Assembly: GCA_947623225.1 (NCBI GenBank)
Contig: CANQGO010000005.1
Location: 423-64,422, forward strand
Direction: 5' to 3'
Length of the DNA stretch: 64,000 nucleotides
Source of the DNA: an uncultured Clostridia bacterium
GTDB lineage: Bacteria > Bacillota > Clostridia > Christensenellales > CAG-314
In this document: positions 36,173 to 45,972 of the stretch, piece after piece
How the letters are laid out: each line of letters opens with the position of its first letter
Position numbering within the stretch: the stretch's first letter is position 1
The notes under the pieces: model-generated
The model's database searches: none
What the model was told of the DNA's origin: nothing
What the model saw: only the letters and a program-made list of their open reading frames with translations
Position numbers and translations under genes: made by a program

Positions 36173-38112
36173 TGCCTCCGCGCAACAGTAAATATATGGG
36201 CGCACAACGCCCTGCCAATCTGAAAGGCACGCTGGGCAGACTGCTCGGCTATCTCAAACCGTACAAGGGACGCATGGCGTTGGTATTCATCTGCGTTATA
36301 TTGCAGAGCATTGCCAACGTACTGGCTACCACGCTGCTCCGACCGCTCATCAACGGTCTTGCGGTGAGCGCGGACGCCACGGGCGTATCTCTGACGGGAA
36401 TAGGATTCATAGACCAACTCGCCTACACCGATAAGATAGCCTATCTCGGCACGGTGGTGGGATTGATGGTGGCGGTGTACCTGTTGAGCCTCGGCGCGAA
36501 CTATCTGTTCAATCGCCTGCTCATCGCGGTATCCACGTCCACTATCAAGCGTCTGCGCGACGAATTGTTCACGCACATGCAGTCGCTGCCCATCAAGGTA
36601 TTCGACGGCACCACGCACGGCGAACTGATGAGTCGGTATACCAACGATATAGATATGATGAACGAGTTCATAGCGCGCGCTTTGCCGCAGTTCGTGAGCA
36701 GTTTCGTCACCATAGTGGGGGTGTTCACCGCCATGTTCGTGATGGATTGGAAGTTGTCGCTGGTCATGGTGGGAATGCTCATAGTCATGGGCATACTCGT
36801 CAAGGTCATAGGCGGCCGTTCCAAGCGCAACTTCGTGGCACAGCAGGAGGCAGTAGGCAAACTGAACGGCTATGTCGAGGAGATGACGGAAGGACAGAAA
36901 GTGGTGAAGGCATTCAACCACGAAGCGCAGGCGTCGGCGGATTTCGATAAGATCAACAGCCACTGGGCAAAGGTGTCCGCCCGCGCCAACAGTTACGCCA
37001 ATATAATGGGTCCCATCATGAACAACCTGTCCCACTTCTTCTATGCGGGTATAGCCATATTCGGCGCGCTCATAGCCACCAATTCGGCAAATCCGCTCAA
37101 CTACGTGGGAACCATCGCCACATTCTTGCTGTTCGTGCGTACCATCACCATGCCGATACAGCAGATATCTCAGCAGATCAACCTGCTGTTCATGGCGGTA
37201 GCGGGCGGCGAACGCGTATTCGCACTGATGGATACTCCCTCCGAGACGGATGACGGATATGTCACTTTGGTCAATGCCGTCATAGACGAGTCGGGCAATA
37301 TAACCGAGAGCGAGACACGTACCGGACGCTGGGCATGGAAACATCCGCACAGCGACGGCACCGTGACATATACGGAACTGAAGGGCGACGTGGTGTTCGA
37401 AGACGTTACATTCGGCTACGAAGAGGGCAAGACGGTACTGCACGACGTGTCGCTGTACGCCCATCCCGGTCAGAAGATAGCCTTCGTGGGCAGCACGGGC
37501 GCAGGCAAGACTACCATAACCAACCTTATCAACAGGTTCTACGACGTGCCGGACGGCAAGATACGCTACGACGGTATCAATATAACCAAGATAAAGAAGG
37601 CGGCCCTGCGCAGATCGCTGGCGATGGTGCTGCAGGATACGCACCTGTTCACCGGTACCGTGATGGACAATATCCGCTACGGCAGACTGGACGCTACCGA
37701 CGAGGAGTGCATAGCCGCCGCCAAGTCGGCAAACGCCCATCAGTTCATCAAGCACCTGCCTGAGGGCTACGATACCATGCTGACCCGCGACGGAGAGAAC
37801 CTCTCTCAAGGTCAGCGTCAGCTGCTCGCCATAGCCAGAGCGGCGGTGGCGGATCCGCCGGTGCTCATACTGGACGAGGCTACCAGCAGTATAGATACCC
37901 GTACGGAGTGGCTCATAGAAAAAGGTATGGACGCACTCATGGAGGGCAGGACCACCTTCGTCATAGCGCACAGACTGTCCACCGTACGCAACAGCGACGC
38001 CATCATGGTGCTGGAGCACGGCGTCATCATCGAGCGCGGCAACCACGACGACCTCATAGCGCAGAAGGGCAAATATTACCAACTCTATACCGGTATGTTC
38101 GAGTTGTCCTGA
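36172..38112 (+). CDS. ABC exporter, fused permease-ATPase (half-transporter B)
   Basis: The ATG overlaps the upstream stop. Walker A GSTGAGKTT, signature LSQGQRQL and Walker B LILDEATSSID. Confidence 0.9.
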   Translation: MPPRNSKYMGAQRPANLKGTLGRLLGYLKPYKGRMALVFICVILQSIANVLATTLLRPLINGLAVSADATGVSLTGIGFIDQLAYTDKIAYLGTVVGLMVAVYLLSLGANYLFNRLLIAVSTSTIKRLRDELFTHMQSLPIKVFDGTTHGELMSRYTNDIDMMNEFIARALPQFVSSFVTIVGVFTAMFVMDWKLSLVMVGMLIVMGILVKVIGGRSKRNFVAQQEAVGKLNGYVEEMTEGQKVVKAFNHEAQASADFDKINSHWAKVSARANSYANIMGPIMNNLSHFFYAGIAIFGALIATNSANPLNYVGTIATFLLFVRTITMPIQQISQQINLLFMAVAGGERVFALMDTPSETDDGYVTLVNAVIDESGNITESETRTGRWAWKHPHSDGTVTYTELKGDVVFEDVTFGYEEGKTVLHDVSLYAHPGQKIAFVGSTGAGKTTITNLINRFYDVPDGKIRYDGINITKIKKAALRRSLAMVLQDTHLFTGTVMDNIRYGRLDATDEECIAAAKSANAHQFIKHLPEGYDTMLTRDGENLSQGQRQLLAIARAAVADPPVLILDEATSSIDTRTEWLIEKGMDALMEGRTTFVIAHRLSTVRNSDAIMVLEHGVIIERGNHDDLIAQKGKYYQLYTGMFELS

Positions 38113-38180
38113 TACGGACAGTCGGCGACTGCTTGCAGTATCATATAGCCTTACCTGCTTGCATAAGTAGCACAATAGAC

Positions 38181-38208
38181 AACGTCGGAGGTGTGTACCT
38201 CCGACGTT
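38181..38208. terminator. strong hairpin between convergent genes (possible terminator, no U-tract)
   Basis: AACGTCGGAGGT, loop GTGT, ACCTCCGACGTT. There is no T/A run on either side. Confidence 0.4.
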
Positions 38209-38263
38209 GCTGTATATATACATATTTTTTGTTTACGGTATAGGGTATCGACGTACGGCGCGC

Positions 38264-39004
38264 CTACTCCGTATCGGAGGAGTCCGACGGGACGACGTCT
38301 GTGCGGATATGCTGCTCGAATAGCTCATTGACCTGACGGCACAACTCCGCAGCCATCTGTCTGCGATCCAGACCGCGCTGCTCGTAGTCGGTGTAGTAGG
38401 AGGGGAAACCTATCACCATCTTTTTCAGCTTGGCGTGGTAGTAGACGGGATATATGGGTATATCCTCCCCCGTCTGCTTGCGGTAGTACTGAGCCAGCAC
38501 GGCAAATCCGGCATAGAACTCCGTCAGGTGCTCGTGGTATCCGTCGTCGCTGTTTTCCGGAAAGATGATGATACCTACGTCGTTTTCCAACGTCTGCATG
38601 CTCTTGCGCAGAGTGGTGATGAAGCGTTGGTCGTTGTAGCTGGGCAGTACGCGCAGTCCCTTGTAGAAAAAACCGGAGAAGCACGCCTCTATGACGGCGA
38701 GGAAGGTGGCGGCGAATTTGTTCTTGTGCCGCTTCTGTATGAAGTACACGTTCCTGAGATACCGGTAGCGCGACTTCCAATTGCCAAACATGGGCCAGGC
38801 ACCCCACGGCGCGACGGTCGCCGGCAGGTACAGGTTGTACATGACGGGTCCGAACATTGCCGCATGGTTGGCTACGTATATAGCCTTGTCGGGCAGGTCT
38901 CCGGACAGACTGAGTATCTGAGGCTTCTTGAAAAACAGTTTCAGAAACCTTGACACGCCCTTCCATATCGGTTGTTTCTTCCTGAATTGCTCCTTCTTTT
39001 TCAT
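38264..39004 (-). CDS. PlsC-like lysophospholipid acyltransferase family protein (divergent)
   Basis: Block I-like VANHAAMFGP (the Asp is missing) and block III-like IIFPENSDDG. Assignment is tentative. Confidence 0.45.
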   Translation of the reverse strand: MKKKEQFRKKQPIWKGVSRFLKLFFKKPQILSLSGDLPDKAIYVANHAAMFGPVMYNLYLPATVAPWGAWPMFGNWKSRYRYLRNVYFIQKRHKNKFAATFLAVIEACFSGFFYKGLRVLPSYNDQRFITTLRKSMQTLENDVGIIIFPENSDDGYHEHLTEFYAGFAVLAQYYRKQTGEDIPIYPVYYHAKLKKMVIGFPSYYTDYEQRGLDRRQMAAELCRQVNELFEQHIRTDVVPSDSSDTE

Positions 39005-39234
39005 TTTGTTCCTTCACGGCTTTCGTTTTATATATTGTACAATATTTCCGCATTTTTTTCAACCTTTTTGCTTATAAATATTTCACAAAAGTTAAATATC
39101 CGTCTTGTTTGCGCATCTGTGCATTTTATCTCGGATCCGTCCGTGCAAAATTGCGGAAAACTGTTTACCTTTTGACGGTTTTACGCTAAAATATAAGGGA
39201 CAGTATGAAAAACGCTATGCAGAGAGGTATGGCT

Positions 39235-39912
39235 ATGTTTGATATTCTGGTGGTAGAGGACGACAAGAATACTCGCAAACTGCTCACGGCTATATTGAGC
39301 GGGGAGGGGTACAATGTCCTGCAGGCGAAGAACGGCGTAGAGGCGTTGGAGGCGATGGAGCACAATCACGTGGACCTGATGGTGCTGGACGTGATGATGC
39401 CGCAGATGGACGGCTTCACGCTCACGCAGACGCTGAGGGAGAGCGGCAGTCAGCTGCCCATGCTGATACTGTCTGCCAAGCAGAACGTAATGGATATCAA
39501 GAAGGGCTTTCTGGTGGGCATAGACGACTACCTGACCAAGCCGTTCGACCCGGATATGCTCATATTGCGCATCAAGGCATTGCTCAGGCGCAGCAAGATA
39601 GTTACGGAAAACAAACTGACTGTGGGCAATGTGACTCTGGACTACAACGCCTACACGGTGACCACGCCCGAGTGGCAGGAGCAACTGCCGCAGAAGGAGT
39701 TTTTGCTGCTGTTCAAGTTGCTCAGCTATCCCAATGTGGTATTCACGCGCATGCAGCTGATGGACGAGATATGGGGCATGGACGCGGAGAGCGACGAGCA
39801 CACGGTGAACGTGCACATAAACAGACTGCGTACGCGTTTTGCCGACACGCCGGACTTCGAGATAGTGACGGTGCGCGGCTTGGGATACAAGGCGGTGAGA
39901 CACGATGAGTAG
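39235..39912 (+). CDS. OmpR-family response regulator
   Basis: MFDILVVEDD receiver domain with DLMVLDVMMP, and winged helix TVNVHINRLRTRF...VRGLGYK. ATGs at 39205 and 39229 are alternative starts. Confidence 0.88.
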   Translation: MFDILVVEDDKNTRKLLTAILSGEGYNVLQAKNGVEALEAMEHNHVDLMVLDVMMPQMDGFTLTQTLRESGSQLPMLILSAKQNVMDIKKGFLVGIDDYLTKPFDPDMLILRIKALLRRSKIVTENKLTVGNVTLDYNAYTVTTPEWQEQLPQKEFLLLFKLLSYPNVVFTRMQLMDEIWGMDAESDEHTVNVHINRLRTRFADTPDFEIVTVRGLGYKAVRHDE

Positions 39913-40945
39913 ACGCAAAAAGAGAAATATATTCAACCGCATCACCCTCATAGTGGTGCTGTGCCTGTTCGTGCTGCTGATGGTGACCATGATAGCCACG
40001 CTGGGGCTTACCTCCCTCATAGCGCAGCATTGGATGGTGGACGAGGACAATATATTCCTGTTCGGTACCATCATCATGGCATTCAGTATCGTATTCGGCG
40101 TTGCCTTGTCCTTTGCATACTCCGCCATCATAGTGAAGGCGAGCAGACCCTACCTCGACGCTTTGCAGAAGGTGGCGGAAGGAGACTTCTCCGTGAGGAT
40201 AGAGGACCCGGTAGTATTTGCCAACTTCAATATAGCCAAGAACTTCAACTATATGGTCAGTCAACTGCAGAGCGTGGAGACGCTGCGCGAGAACTTCGTG
40301 TCCGACTTCTCTCACGAGTTCAAAACGCCCATCAGTTCCATATCCGGCTTTGCAAAACTGCTCAAGAATCCCAACCTGTCCGTCGAGGCGCGCAACGAGT
40401 ACCTGGACGCCATCATAGACGAGTCCCGTCGGCTGGTGGAGTTGTCCGAGAGCGTGCTCATGCTGAACAGGCTGGACTCCACGGAGGAGGTGGACAAGCA
40501 GCTGTACAGTCTGGACGAGCAGTTGAGGCAATGCGTGCTCATGTTCGAACAGCAATGCGATGCCAAGCATATAGAGTTGAATGTCGACTTGGAGGAGATG
40601 AAGATACTCAGCAATTACAAGTTGCTCAGTCAGGTCGTAGTCAATCTGCTGTCCAATGCCGTCAAGTTCACGGACGAAGGGGGATCCATAGACGTGAGGT
40701 GCAAGACGGTGGGGCTGAATGTGCTCATATCCGTCACCGACAGCGGCTGCGGTATGGATGAGGAGACCAAGAACAATATTTTCAACAAATTTTATCAGGG
40801 GGACAAGTCGCATACCACCGAGGGCAACGGCTTGGGACTGTGTATAGTCAAGAAGATCGTGGATATGCTGGGCGGTCAGATATTCGTGGAGAGCAAGCCT
40901 GGTGCGGGCAGTACCTTCTCCGTGCTGCTGCTCAAGGGGAATTGA
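39905..40945 (+). CDS. sensor histidine kinase (two TM helices, minimal extracellular loop)
   Basis: H-box FVSDFSHEFKTPISSI, N-box LLSNAVKFT and G-boxes DSGCGM and GNGLGL. It overlaps the response regulator gene by 8 nt. Confidence 0.88.
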   Translation: MSRRKKRNIFNRITLIVVLCLFVLLMVTMIATLGLTSLIAQHWMVDEDNIFLFGTIIMAFSIVFGVALSFAYSAIIVKASRPYLDALQKVAEGDFSVRIEDPVVFANFNIAKNFNYMVSQLQSVETLRENFVSDFSHEFKTPISSISGFAKLLKNPNLSVEARNEYLDAIIDESRRLVELSESVLMLNRLDSTEEVDKQLYSLDEQLRQCVLMFEQQCDAKHIELNVDLEEMKILSNYKLLSQVVVNLLSNAVKFTDEGGSIDVRCKTVGLNVLISVTDSGCGMDEETKNNIFNKFYQGDKSHTTEGNGLGLCIVKKIVDMLGGQIFVESKPGAGSTFSVLLLKGN

Positions 40946-40946
40946 C

Positions 40947-42302
40947 GTGCTGAAGGTCAACGATACCATCACCTATACCGCACGGGACTATGCCAATGCC
41001 GAAACGGTGGGCGTATACGACGATACGACCGTATTCGTACCGCAGATGATAGCGGGCGAGTGCGCACGTGTGCGTATCGACTACGTGGGCAGAGGCGTGG
41101 CGTACGGCTCCGTGAAGGAGATACTGACCTCGTCTCCGGCACGTGTGCAGCCCGTATGCGAGCATGTGGGCAAGTGCGGCGGCTGCGTATTGGCGCATAT
41201 GCGCTACTCCGAGCAACTGCGCTTCAAGCAGAACAAGGTGCGCTCCGTTCTGCGCAAGATAGGCGGTCTCGACATAGACGTACCGCCTTGTATGCCTTCG
41301 CCCCTGCCGCTGGGCTATCGCAACAAGCTGAGTCTGCCCGTCCGCGGCAGACGGGGCAACGTGCAGGTGGGCATGTTCGAGCGCAACAGCCACCGCGTGG
41401 TACCTACGGCACGGTGCGCTCTGGGCGGAGACTGGGCCGAGACGCTGGTGTCCGACTTTGTGGAGTTTTGTAACAGATACGGCGTTGAACCCTACAATGA
41501 AAGGACGTTTAAGGGCGTTATCCGACACTTGACGGGGAGATACGTGGACGGTCAGCTGCTGGTGACGGCAGTGGTCAACGGCGAAACGGATACGGACTGG
41601 TCTTCGCTGGTGCAGTCGCTGAGCAGCCGCTTTGACCGATTCGGAGTGTTTGTGAATATCAATACCGCGCACAACAACGTGATACTGGGCAAGGTCACGC
41701 GCCACGTGAGCGGGATAGAGTACATAGAAGGTGAACAGTGCGGAGTGAAGTTCCGCCTGCGCCCGGACAGTTTCTTTCAGGTGAATGACGGCGTGAAGGA
41801 TATGCTGTACGCCTGCGTACGCGAGCAGCTGGACCTGTCCGAGACGGAGGTGCTGGTGGACTGTTTCAGTGGTATAGGCTTGCTTACCAATACGCTTGCC
41901 TGTCCGCGCTTCGACACGTACGCCATAGAGATAGAACCCTCTGCCGTACGCGACGCTCGGGATATGGCAGAGTTGAACGGTACGCCGCGGCTGGTGAATG
42001 TGTGCGGCGACGTGACGACGGAGTTGCCCAAGATAGTGGCGGCGAATAGTGGCAAACGCATGACTGCGGTGGTGGATCCGCCCAGAAAGGGGCTGAATCC
42101 CGCCCTGTACGATACATTCAGACAAGCCGCACCGGACTGTATAGTGTATATCAGTTGCGATCCGGCGACATTGGCAAGGGACATAGCGGCACTGTCCGAC
42201 GCTTACGAAGTGGCGTACGTGCAGCCGTACGATATGTTCCCGCAGACAGATCAGGTGGAAACTGTGGTGAGATTGACACACAGAAAGGAGGAAATATGTT
42301 AG
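40947..42302 (+). CDS. 23S rRNA (uracil-C5)-methyltransferase, RumA/RlmD type
   Basis: GTG start directly after the kinase stop. TRAM-like N-terminus, Fe-S Cys cluster CEHVGKCGGCVLAHM, and SAM fold LVDCFSGIGL and VVDPPRKG. Confidence 0.8.
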   Translation: MLKVNDTITYTARDYANAETVGVYDDTTVFVPQMIAGECARVRIDYVGRGVAYGSVKEILTSSPARVQPVCEHVGKCGGCVLAHMRYSEQLRFKQNKVRSVLRKIGGLDIDVPPCMPSPLPLGYRNKLSLPVRGRRGNVQVGMFERNSHRVVPTARCALGGDWAETLVSDFVEFCNRYGVEPYNERTFKGVIRHLTGRYVDGQLLVTAVVNGETDTDWSSLVQSLSSRFDRFGVFVNINTAHNNVILGKVTRHVSGIEYIEGEQCGVKFRLRPDSFFQVNDGVKDMLYACVREQLDLSETEVLVDCFSGIGLLTNTLACPRFDTYAIEIEPSAVRDARDMAELNGTPRLVNVCGDVTTELPKIVAANSGKRMTAVVDPPRKGLNPALYDTFRQAAPDCIVYISCDPATLARDIAALSDAYEVAYVQPYDMFPQTDQVETVVRLTHRKEEIC

Positions 42303-42997
42303 GAGCAAGACTGGACCGCGTCGAGATGATGCTGGGGGACAAGATAAACGACGTACGCAAAGCACGCGTAGCGGTGATAGGCGCAGGCGGCGTAGGCTGT
42401 TTCGCATTGGAGATGCTGGCGCGCTCGGGGATAGAGCATATCACGGTGATGGATGACGATATATTCACCGAGAGCAATATGAATCGACAACTGTACGCGC
42501 TGTATTCTACATTGGGCGAGTACAAGGTGGACGTAGTCAAGACGCGTATAAAGGATATCAACCCCGACTGCGAAGTGACGGTGTATCGTGAGCGTTACAC
42601 GGCGGCTACGGCGTCCATGCTGGACTTGACTGCGTTTGACTACGTGATAGACGCCATCGATACGGTGACGGACAAGGTATTGCTGATACGCAACTGCTTG
42701 GAGGCGCATACGTATATCATATCCTGTATGGGTACAGGCAACAGACTGAATCCGGGCGACTTGCGCGTGGCGGATATATCCGAGACGACGGTGTGCCCGC
42801 TGGCGAAGGCAGTGCGCAAGTTGCTGCGGGAGCAGGGCATCACGAGCGGAGTACCGACGGTGTACTCCAGCGAGGAGCCCGTCTCGTCATACACGGAAAC
42901 GGTGAAGTCCCGTCACGTGCCGGGCAGTATATTCTCGGTGCCTGCCACGGCGGGTATCATGCTCGCCGTCGAGGTCGTCAGACAGATCGTCGAGTAA
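42296..42997 (+). CDS. tcdA: tRNA threonylcarbamoyladenosine dehydratase (ThiF/E1-like)
   Basis: VAVIGAGGVGCFALEMLARSGIEHITVMDDDIFTESNMNRQ. AGGAGG RBS. It overlaps the methyltransferase stop. Confidence 0.8.
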   Translation: MLGARLDRVEMMLGDKINDVRKARVAVIGAGGVGCFALEMLARSGIEHITVMDDDIFTESNMNRQLYALYSTLGEYKVDVVKTRIKDINPDCEVTVYRERYTAATASMLDLTAFDYVIDAIDTVTDKVLLIRNCLEAHTYIISCMGTGNRLNPGDLRVADISETTVCPLAKAVRKLLREQGITSGVPTVYSSEEPVSSYTETVKSRHVPGSIFSVPATAGIMLAVEVVRQIVE

Positions 42998-43010
42998 GAT
43001 CGTATATATG

Positions 43011-43043
43011 AAAAACTCTCCGAAGCGTATCGGAGAGTTTTTT
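43011..43043. terminator. bidirectional terminator
   Basis: AAAAA, CTCTCCGA, loop AGCGTA, TCGGAGAG, then TTTTTT. Confidence 0.85.
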
Positions 43044-43054
43044 GTATACTATTT

Positions 43055-45712
43055 TTATTTGCGCCGCAGACGCAGTTTCCCGATACCGTTGACGGCGAGT
43101 TTTTGCAACTCCACCAGCGGGATAATGGCAAATGCGAGTGCCAGCGCGATGAAGTATTCCGCCGCGGATATGCTCACGAAGCCGAATGCCGTATTGAGAC
43201 CGGGTATATATATGACGGCGGTGGTCAGCGCGAGACTGAGCAGCATGGCACCCCACAGCAACAGGTTCTGATTGCGGATACGGAAGATACTTCCGGACAT
43301 GCTGCGTGCGTTGTACGCGTGGAATATCTCCGTCATGCTCATGGTCATGAACGCCATAGTCATACCCTGCTCGGATATGTGCCAATCCACGCCCTCGAGG
43401 TACGCGCCTACGAAGTATGCCGCCAGGGTGATACCTGCCACGAACAGCCCGTGCAGTGCCACATTGACGCCGAGACCGCCTGCGAATATGCCTTCTTTCT
43501 TGAGGCGCGGAGGACGGTCCATCACGTCCGGTTCCGCCTTTTCCATGCCCAGTGCCACGGCGGGCAGTGTGTCGGTGATGAGGTTTATCCACAGCAAGTG
43601 TGCCGGTCTGAGCAATGTGAACCCGCACAACGTGGAAATGAATACCGCCAGCACTTCGGCAAGGTTGCTGGAGAGCAGATACTGAATGGCTTTGCGGATA
43701 TTGTCGTATATCCTGCGTCCTTCGCCCACAGCGGTGACGATGGTGGCGAAGTTGTCGTCGGTGAGTATCATATCGGCGGTGTTTTTGGTGACGTCCGTAC
43801 CCGTGATACCCATACCTACGCCTATATCCGCGCTCTTGATGGAGGGCGCGTCGTTCACGCCGTCTCCCGTCATGGCGCATACCTTACCGCATCTCTTCCA
43901 GGCATTGACTATGCGCACCTTGTGCTCCGGTTGGACGCGGGCGTATACGGAATAGTCGGCTATATGCCTGTCCAGCTCATCGTCGCTCATGTCGTCCAGA
44001 GCGGAGCCGAGCACCGCCTGCGAACGGTCGGTGATGATGCCCAGTTGCATTGCTATGGCTACGGCGGTGTCTATGTGATCGCCCGTGATCATGATGGGGC
44101 GGATACCGGCGTGCTTGCAGCGCACGATGGCGTCGTAGACTTCTTCACGTACGGGATCTATCATGCCGCACATTCCCACGAATATCATATCCCGCTCGAG
44201 GGCTTCGGCGGATATATCGTCGGGCAGGTCGGCGTACTGTCTGTACGCTACGGCAAGTACGCGCAGTGCCTTGTCCGCCATGCCCTTGTTGGCGGAGAGT
44301 ATATGCTCGCGCGTCTGCTCTGTCAGCGGACGGACCTCGCCCTCCTCCAGAATGTATGAGCAGTGCGCGACTATCTCGTCCGGTGCGCCCTTGGTGTACT
44401 GGGTGACGCCCTCTTTCGTGCGGTGCAGGGTGCTCATCATCTTGCGCAGGCTGTCGAAGGGGGCTTCCGCCACGCGCGGAGACTGCTCTTGCAGCAGCGT
44501 CTTGTCCAGTCCTCTGCTCAGCGCGAAGTTTACCAAAGCGCACTCCGTAGGTTCGCCTACCGCCTCGCCGCCGTTGACCTGAGCGTCACAGCACAGAGCC
44601 ATACCCCTTGCCAGCAATTCGGCGTCGCCGTAGGTCTCTACGACGGTCATCTTGTTTTGCGTGAGCGTGCCCGTTTTGTCCGAGCATATTATCTCCGCAC
44701 AGCCCAGCGTCTCCACAGCCGTCATCTTGCGTATCACGGCGTGCTTCTTGCTCATATTGGTAACGCCGATGGACAGCACGATGGTGACTACCGTAGCCAG
44801 ACCTTCGGGAATGGCCGCTACAGCCAAGCCTATGGCTATGAGCAGCGAATCCATGACCACGTCAGCGTCGAAACCGCTTCCGTTGACGTAGCTCATCAGC
44901 AGTTTGAAGAGGAATATGAATACGGAAATGCCTATCACCACATAGGTGAGTATACGGGACAGTTGCGCCATCTTGATCTGTAAGGGCGTCTTTTCCTCTT
45001 GAGTGGTGGCGAGCACATTGGCTATCTTGCCCATCTCGGTATCCATTGCCGCAGCCACTATGACGGCTTTCGCCCGACCGTAGGCTATGGAACTGCCCAT
45101 GAAGAGCATATTTTTTCTGTCACCGAGCGGCACTTCGCGTTCTATGACGGCGTCCGTCTTGTCCACCGGTACGCTCTCGCCCGTCAGCGAGGACTCTTCC
45201 GCTTTGCAACTCGCCGCTTCCAGTATCCTGCAGTCGGCAGGTACGCTGTCGCCCGCCTCCAGCAGTACTACGTCGCCTACTACGAGGTCGCAGCTGTCGA
45301 TGAAACTCATCTTGCCGTCGCGCAGCACTTTGCACTTGGACTCCGTCATGGATTGCAACGCTTCTATGGCTTGCTCCGCCTTGCTTTCCTGTATGACGCC
45401 CAGCGTGGCATTGAGCAATACGACCACGGCGATGATGATGACGTCGGCAAATGACTCTTTTTCGTTGGAGGGGTCGGCATTGTTCACCAATGTAAGGACC
45501 AAACTGACCAGCGCAGCCACCAGCAGAATGATGATCATGGGATCGGCAAGCTGCTTGAGGAACCGAATGAAGATATTCTGCTTTTTGCCCTCGGCGAGTT
45601 TGTTCTTGCCGTTACGCTGCAGCCTCTCCGCCCCTTCCTGCTCGCTGAGACCTTGTGCGGAGGAGCCGACCTCCCGCAACGTCTCTTCGACGGACATTTG
45701 GTAGTATTTCAT
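43055..45712 (-). CDS. P-type IIA cation (Ca2+/Mn2+)-transporting ATPase
   Basis: Phosphorylation motif CSDKTGTLTQNKM, TGES in SLTGESVPV, hinge MTGDGVNDAPS and PAVALGME in TM6. Confidence 0.9.
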   Translation of the reverse strand: MKYYQMSVEETLREVGSSAQGLSEQEGAERLQRNGKNKLAEGKKQNIFIRFLKQLADPMIIILLVAALVSLVLTLVNNADPSNEKESFADVIIIAVVVLLNATLGVIQESKAEQAIEALQSMTESKCKVLRDGKMSFIDSCDLVVGDVVLLEAGDSVPADCRILEAASCKAEESSLTGESVPVDKTDAVIEREVPLGDRKNMLFMGSSIAYGRAKAVIVAAAMDTEMGKIANVLATTQEEKTPLQIKMAQLSRILTYVVIGISVFIFLFKLLMSYVNGSGFDADVVMDSLLIAIGLAVAAIPEGLATVVTIVLSIGVTNMSKKHAVIRKMTAVETLGCAEIICSDKTGTLTQNKMTVVETYGDAELLARGMALCCDAQVNGGEAVGEPTECALVNFALSRGLDKTLLQEQSPRVAEAPFDSLRKMMSTLHRTKEGVTQYTKGAPDEIVAHCSYILEEGEVRPLTEQTREHILSANKGMADKALRVLAVAYRQYADLPDDISAEALERDMIFVGMCGMIDPVREEVYDAIVRCKHAGIRPIMITGDHIDTAVAIAMQLGIITDRSQAVLGSALDDMSDDELDRHIADYSVYARVQPEHKVRIVNAWKRCGKVCAMTGDGVNDAPSIKSADIGVGMGITGTDVTKNTADMILTDDNFATIVTAVGEGRRIYDNIRKAIQYLLSSNLAEVLAVFISTLCGFTLLRPAHLLWINLITDTLPAVALGMEKAEPDVMDRPPRLKKEGIFAGGLGVNVALHGLFVAGITLAAYFVGAYLEGVDWHISEQGMTMAFMTMSMTEIFHAYNARSMSGSIFRIRNQNLLLWGAMLLSLALTTAVIYIPGLNTAFGFVSISAAEYFIALALAFAIIPLVELQKLAVNGIGKLRLRRK

Positions 45713-45763
45713 ACTCTTCTCCTGTCTGTGAGGGAGAGCGGACGCTGTTTATTCAAAAACTCA

Positions 45764-45796
45764 CGCAACCGAGCGGTTGCGTGAGTCTTATCATTC
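45764..45796 (-). terminator. intrinsic terminator inside the 5' leader of the ATPase gene
   Basis: Minus-strand RNA: ACUCACGCAACC, loop GCUC, GGUUGCGUGAGU, then UUUUU. It lies about 55 nt upstream of the ATG. Confidence 0.7.
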
Positions 45797-45876
45797 AAAA
45801 CAGTACCAGACGGCTTGCCGTCGGTTGTTGGTATCTGCTACGCTATGCGCCGATTACTCCCTCACGGATGATTCAA
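45790..45876 (-). promoter_or_regulatory. candidate yybP-ykoY-like (Mn2+) riboswitch aptamer
   Basis: P1 is CGUGAG / CUCACG. It is flanked by GGAGUAAUC on the 5' side and UAAGA on the 3' side, compared with GGGGAGUAG ... CAAGA in known Mn riboswitches. The 3' strand of P1 is the left arm of the terminator, giving ON-switch logic. Confidence 0.4.
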
Positions 45877-45896
45877 TTATATTGTAATCATACCAT

Positions 45897-45925
45897 ACAA
45901 CAAATATGTTGTCAACTGCTTATAG
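45897..45925 (-). promoter_or_regulatory. extended -10 promoter for the ATPase leader
   Basis: Minus strand: TTGACA (45925-45920), a 17-nt spacer ending in TGG, then TATGAT (45902-45897). Confidence 0.6.
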
Positions 45926-45948
45926 GGTGTGGTATAATCAATTTCATC
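45919..45948 (+). promoter_or_regulatory. extended -10 promoter for the thioesterase gene
   Basis: TTGTCA (45919-45924), an 18-nt spacer ending in TGG, then TATAAT (45943-45948). Confidence 0.5.
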
Positions 45949-45972
45949 GATGAAAAGGGTACGGTAAAATAT

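Noticed and set aside
38181-38208. The perfect 12-bp hairpin treated as a canonical terminator.
   Set aside because: It is kept only as a low-confidence feature because no U-tract follows it on either strand. It may be a stabilising stem or a protein-binding palindrome.
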